Shown here in pieces: positions 56,201-64,000 of a DNA stretch of 64,000 bases. The notes beneath the pieces were generated by a model, which did not search any database, was not told the DNA's origin, and saw nothing but the letters and a program-made list of their open reading frames with translations. The stretch comes from the human T2T-CHM13v2.0 reference genome, Homo sapiens. Position numbers and translations under genes: made by a program. Each line of letters opens with the position of its first letter. Within the stretch, counting starts at the first letter, position 1. The stretch is from the NCBI RefSeq assembly GCF_009914755.1, contig NC_060942.1; one strand, 5' to 3'.

Positions 56201-57871
56201 ATTTGGAGCGTTTTGAGGCCTATTGTTGAAAAGGTAATATCTTCACATAATAACTAGACACAAGCATTCTGAGAAACTTCTTTGTGATATGTGCATTTAT
56301 CTCACAGCGTTGAAATTTTCTTTCGATAGAGTGGTTTGGAAACTCTTTTTGTAGAATCTGCAAGAGGACATTTGGAGAGCTTTGAGTCCTGTGGTGGAAA
56401 AGGAAATAGCTACACTTAAGAACCTGACAGAAGAATTCTGAGAAACTTCTTTGTGAAATGTGCATTCATCTCACAGAGTTGAACCTTTCTTTTGATTGAG
56501 CAGTTTTGAAACACTCTTTCTGCAGGATCTGCAAGTGGACATTTGCAGCCCTTTGGGGCCTATGGTGGAAAAGGAAATATCTTCATATAAAGACTAGACA
56601 GAAGCATTCTGGCAAATTTCTTTGTGATGTGTGCATTCATCTCACTGAGGTGAACCTTTCTTTTGATTGAGTAGTTTGGAAACTCTCTTTTTGTGGAATC
56701 CGGAAGTGGACATTTGGAGTGCTTTGGGACCAATGGTGGAAAAGGAAATATCTTCACTTAAGAACTAGACGGAAGCATTCTCAGAAACTTCTTTGTGATG
56801 TGTGCATTCATCTCACAGAGTTGAACCTTTCTTTTGATTGAGCAGTTTTGAAACACTCTTTTCATAGAATCTGCAAGCGGACATTTGGAGCCCTTTGAAG
56901 CCTATGGTGGAAAAGGAAATATCTTCACATAAAAACTAGACAGAAACATTCTGAAAAACCTCTTTGTGATGTGTGCATTCATCTCACAGGGTTGAAACTT
57001 ACTTTCGATTGAGCAGTTTTGAAACCCTCTTTTTCTAGAGTCTAGAATTGGACATTTGGAGTGCTTAGAGTCCTATGGAGGAAAAGGAAATATCTTCATA
57101 TAAAAACTAGAGAGAAGCGTTTTGAGAAACTCTTTGTGATGTGTGCATGCATTCTTCTCACAGATTTGAACCTTTCTTTTGATTCAGCAGCTTTGAAACA
57201 CTCTTTTTGTAGCATCTAGAATTGGACATTTGGAGCGCTTAGAGTCCTATGGTGGAAAAGGAAATATATTCACGTAAAAACTAGACAGAATCATTCAGAG
57301 AAAATTATTTGTGATGTGTGCATTCATCTCACAGAGTTAAACCGTTATTTTGATGGAGCAGTTTGGAAAAACTTTTTTGTACGATCTGGATGTTTACATT
57401 TGGAGCCTTTTGAGGCCTATGGTGTAAAAGGAAATATCTTCAAATAAAAACTAGACAGAAGCATTCTGAGAAACTTCTTTGTGATGAGTGCATTCATCTC
57501 ATAGAGTTGAACATTTCTTTTGATTCAGCAGCTTTGAAACACTCTTTTTGTAGAATATGCAAAAGGACATTTGGAGTGCTTTGAGGCCAATGGTGGAAAA
57601 GGAAATATCTTCACATAAAAACTAGACAGAAGCATTCTGAGAAACTTCTTTGTGACGTGTGCATTCATCTCAGAGTGTTGAACCTTTCTTTTGATTGAGC
57701 AGCTTTGAAACACTCTTTTTTAGAATCTGCATGTGGAGATTTGGAGCGCTTTGAGGCCAATGGTGGAAAAGGAAATATCTTCACATAAAAACGATTCAGA
57801 AATATTCTGAGAAACTTCTTTCTGATGTGTGCATTCATGCCACAGAGTTGGGCCTTTATTTCATTGAGCAG

Positions 57872-59754
<1,883 letters not shown>

Positions 59755-62700
59755 TTGAGCAGTTTTGAAAAACTCTTTTTGTAATATCTGCAAGTGGACA
59801 TTTGGAGCGCTTTTTGGCCTATGGTGGAAAAGGAAATATCTTCATTTAAGAACTAGATGGAAGCATTCTGTGAAACTGCTTTGTGATGTGCTCATTCCTC
59901 TCACAGCGCTGAAACTTTATTTTAATTGAACAGTTTTGAGAACTCTCATTTTGTAGAATCTGCAAGTGGATATTTGGAGCGCTTTGCAGCCTATGGTGGA
60001 AAAGGAAATATCTTCACATTAAAACTAGGCAGAAGCATTCTGACAAGCTTATTTGTCATTTATCTCAAGGAGTTGGCATTTATCTCATGGAGTTGAACTT
60101 AACTTTCAATAGAGCAGTTTTGAAACACTCTTTTTGTAGAATCTGCAAGTGGACACTTGGAGAGCTTTGATGCCTGTGGTGGAAAAGGAAATATCTTCAC
60201 ACAAAACTAGACAGAAGCAATCTGATAAAGTTTTTGTGATGTGTGCATTCATCTCGCACAGTGGAACTTTAATTTCGATTGAGCAGTTTTGAAACACTCC
60301 TTTTGTAGAATCTGTAAGTGGACATTTGGAGCGCTTTGATGCCTATGGTGGAAAACGAAATATCTTCACATAATAACTAGACAGAAGCATTCTGAGGAAC
60401 TTCAATGTGATGTGTGCATTCATCTCATAGAGTTGAAACTTTCTTTTGATTGAGCCACTTTGAAACACTCTTTCTGTAGTATCTGCAAGTGGACATTTTT
60501 GGCGCTTTGAGGCAATGGTGGAAAATGTAACATCTTCACATAAAAACTAGACAGAAGAATTCTGAGAAACTTCTTTGAGATGTGTGCCTTCATGTTACAG
60601 AGTTGAACCTTTCTTTTGATTGAGCAGTTTGGAAACTTTTTGAAGAATCTTCAGGTGGACAATTGGAGCACTTAGTGGCCTATGGTAGAAAAGGAAATAT
60701 GTTCACATAAAATCTAGACAGAAGCAATCGGACAAGAGCAACTTTGAAACACTCTTTCTGTAGTATCTGCAAGTGGACATTTTTGGCGCTTTGAGGCAAT
60801 GGTGGAAAAAGAAATATCTTCACACAAGAACTATACAGAAACGTTCTGAAAAACTTCACTGAGATGTGTGGATTCATCTCACAGAGTTGAACCTTTCTTT
60901 TGATTGAGCAGTTTTGAAAGACTCTATTTGTAGAATCTAAATTTGGACATTTGGTGTGCTTTGCGGCCCATGGTGGAAAAGGAAATATCTTCACATAAAA
61001 GCTAGACAGAAGCATTCTGACAAACTTCTTTGTGACTTGTGCATTCATGTCACAGAGTTGAAACTTTCTTTTGAATGAGCAGCGTTGAAACACTCTTTTT
61101 GTAGAATCTGCATGTGGATATTTGGAGCTCTTCGAGGCCTATGGTGGAAAAGCAAATACCTTAACATAAAAACTATACAGAAATATTCTGACAAACTTCT
61201 TGTTATGTGTACATTCTTCACACAGATTAGAACCTTTCTTTTCATTGAGCAGTTTTGAAAAACTCTTTTTGTGGAATCTGCAAGTGTACATTTGAAGCGC
61301 TTTGAGGCCTATGGTTTAAAAGGAAATATGTCCACATAAAAACTAGACAGAATCATTCATAGAAAATCCTTTGTGTTGTGTGCATTCATCTCACCGGGTT
61401 GAACATTTCTTTTGATTGAGCAGGTTTAAACACTCCTTTTGTAGAATCTGCAAGTCGACATTGGGAGCCCTTTGAGTCCTATGGTGGAATAGGAAATATC
61501 TTCATTTAAGAACTAGACAGAAGCAATCTGAGAAACTTCTTTGTGATATGTGCATTCATCTCACAGAATTAAGCCATTCTTTTGATTGAGCAGTTTCGAA
61601 CCTCTCTTTTCGTAGACTCTGCAAGTGGACATTTCGAGCACTTTGAGGCTTATGGTGAAAAAGGAAATATCTTCCCATAAAAAGTAGACAGAAGAATTCT
61701 GAAAAACTTTGTGATGGGCACGTTCATCTCACAGAGTTGAAACTTTCTTTTGATTGAGCAGTTTGGAAACCCTCTTTTTATAGAATCTGCAAGTGGACAT
61801 TTGGAGTACTTTGCAGCCTACTTTGCGGCCTATGGTAGACTAGGAAATATGTTCACATAAAATCTAGACAGAAGTAATCTGAGAAACAACTTTGTGATGT
61901 GTGCATTCATCTCACAGAGATAAACATTTCTTTTGATTGAGCAGTTTTGAAACTTTCTTTTCGTAGAATCTGCAAGTGGACATTTGGAGCACTTTGAGGC
62001 CTATGGTGGAAAAGGAAATATCTTCACATAAAAACTACATAGAAGCATTCTGAGAAAGATTTTGTGATGTGCCCATTCATCACCCAGAGTTGAATCTTTC
62101 TTTTGAAGGACCAGTTTTGAAATACTCTATTTGTAGAATCTTCAAGTGGACATTTTGAGCGCCTTGAGGCCTATGGTTTAAAAGGAAATATCTTCACATA
62201 AAAACTAGACAGAAGAGTTCTGAGAAACTTCTTTGTGATGTGTGCACTCATATCACAAAGTTGGACCTTTCTTTTCATTGAGCAGTTTGGAAACACTGTT
62301 TTTGTAGAATCTGCAACTGGACATTTGGAGAGCTTTAAGGCCTATCTTTGAAAAGGAAATATCTTCACATAAAAACTAGACAGAAGAATTCTGAGAAATT
62401 TCTTTGTGAGGTGTGCATTCATGTCACAGAGTAAAACATTTTATTTGATTGAGCAGTTTTGGAACTCTTTTTTCATTGAATCTGCAAGTGGACATTTGGA
62501 GCGCTTTGCGGCCTCTGGTGGAAAAGGAAATACCTTCACATAAAAACTAGACAGAAGAATTCTGAGAAACTTCTTCATGATGTGTGCGTTCATGTTACAG
62601 AGTTGAAACTTTCTTTTGATTGAGAAGTTTGGAAACATTCTTTTGTAGAATGTGTAAGTGGATATTTGGAGCACTTGGTGACCTATGATAGAAAAGGAAA

Positions 62701-64000
62701 TATCTTCACATAAAATCTAGACAGAAGAAATCTGAGAAACTTGTTTGTGATGTGTGCATTCATCTAACAGAGTTAAAACTTTCTCTTTATTGAGCAGTTT
62801 TGAAACTCTCTTTTTTTAGAATCTGCATGTGGACATTTGGAGCGCTTTGAGGCCTATGGTGGTAAAGGAAATATCTTCACATAAAAACTAGTTAGAAGCA
62901 TTCTGAGAAACCTCTTTGTGATGTGTGGGTTCATATCACAGAGTTGAAACTTTCTTTTGATTGACCAGTTCGGAATCACTCCTTTTTTTATAATCTGCAC
63001 GTGGATATTTGGAGTGCTTTGCATCCTGTGGTAGAAAAGGAAATTTCTTCACATAAAATGTAGACAGAAGCAATCTGAGAAACGTCTTTGTGATGAGTGC
63101 ATTCGTCTCACAGATTTAAACCTTTCTTTGGATTGAGCAGTTTTTAAACTACCTTTTTGTAGAATCTGCAAGTGGACATTTGGAGTGCTTTGAGGCCAAT
63201 GTTGGAAAAGGATATATCTTCACATAAAAGCTACACAGAAGAATTCTGAGAAACTTCTTTGTGATGGGTGCATTCACCTCACAGAGTTGAACCTTCCTTT
63301 TGATTGAGCAGTTTGGAAACCCTCTTTTTGTGGAAACTGCAAGTGGATATTTGGAGGAATTTGTGGCCTATGCTAGAAAAGGAAATATCTTCACATAAAA
63401 TTCAGACAGAAGCAATCTGAGAAACTTCTTTGTGATGTGTGCATGCATCTCACCGAGTTAAACCATTCTTTTGATTGAGCAGTTTTGAATCTCTCTTTTT
63501 TTAGAATCTGGAAGTAGACATTTGGAGCTGTTTCAGGCCAATGGTGGAAAAGGAAGTATCGTCACATAAAAACTAGCCAGAAGATTTCTGAGAAACTACT
63601 TTGTGATGTGTACATTCATCTCGTAGAGTTGAACCTTTTTTTTGATTGAGCAGTTTGGAAACACTCTTTTTGTAGAATTTGCAAGTGGACATTTGGAGTG
63701 CTTTGAGGCCTGTGGTGGAAAAGGAAATGTCTTCACATAAAAACTAGACAGAAGAATTCTGAGAAACTTCTTTGTGATGCGTGCATTCATCCCACAGAGT
63801 TGAACTTTTTTTTTGATTGAGCAGTTTGGAAACACTCTTTTTGTAGAATCTGCATGTGGACATTTGGAGCACTTTGAGGCATGTGGTGGAAAAGGAAATA
63901 TCTTCACATAAAACCTAGACAGAAGCAATCAGAGAAACTTATTTGTGATGTGTGCATTCATCCCACAGAGTTGAAACTTCCTTTTCATTGATCAGTTTGG

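Overview
Primate (human-like) genomic DNA spanning an arm-to-pericentromere transition. No intact protein-coding gene, RNA gene or CRISPR array is supported. Bases 1 to ~42.7 kb are AT-rich and repeat-dense: about 30 Alus, a MER61-like LTR, a solo LTR5A (HERV-K HML-2), Tigger3b, MIR/L2/old L1M fragments, two degenerate ERVL pol remnants, an MLT1C LTR and two young L1PA2/3 copies in inverted orientation. At ~42.73 kb an ERVL reverse-transcriptase remnant is cut off and joined, through ~2 units of the 48-bp CER satellite, to ~21 kb of diverged monomeric (A-type, no CENP-B box seen) alpha satellite carrying two 5'-inverted (twin-primed) L1 insertions. I did not find a new gene-encoded system. The best leads are structural: (1) the inverted L1 pair shares three identical premature stops although neither copy can be a simple duplicate of the other, which points to arm-to-arm gene conversion; (2) a 146-bp, ~97% identical inverted repeat with a fold-back hairpin scar at 3980-4760; (3) the ERVL/CER/alpha junction; (4) a phase break coinciding with a monomer-type switch, plus incipient higher-order duplications in the alpha array. 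Repeat subfamily names come from recalled consensus motifs, not a database search, and coordinates were read by eye.
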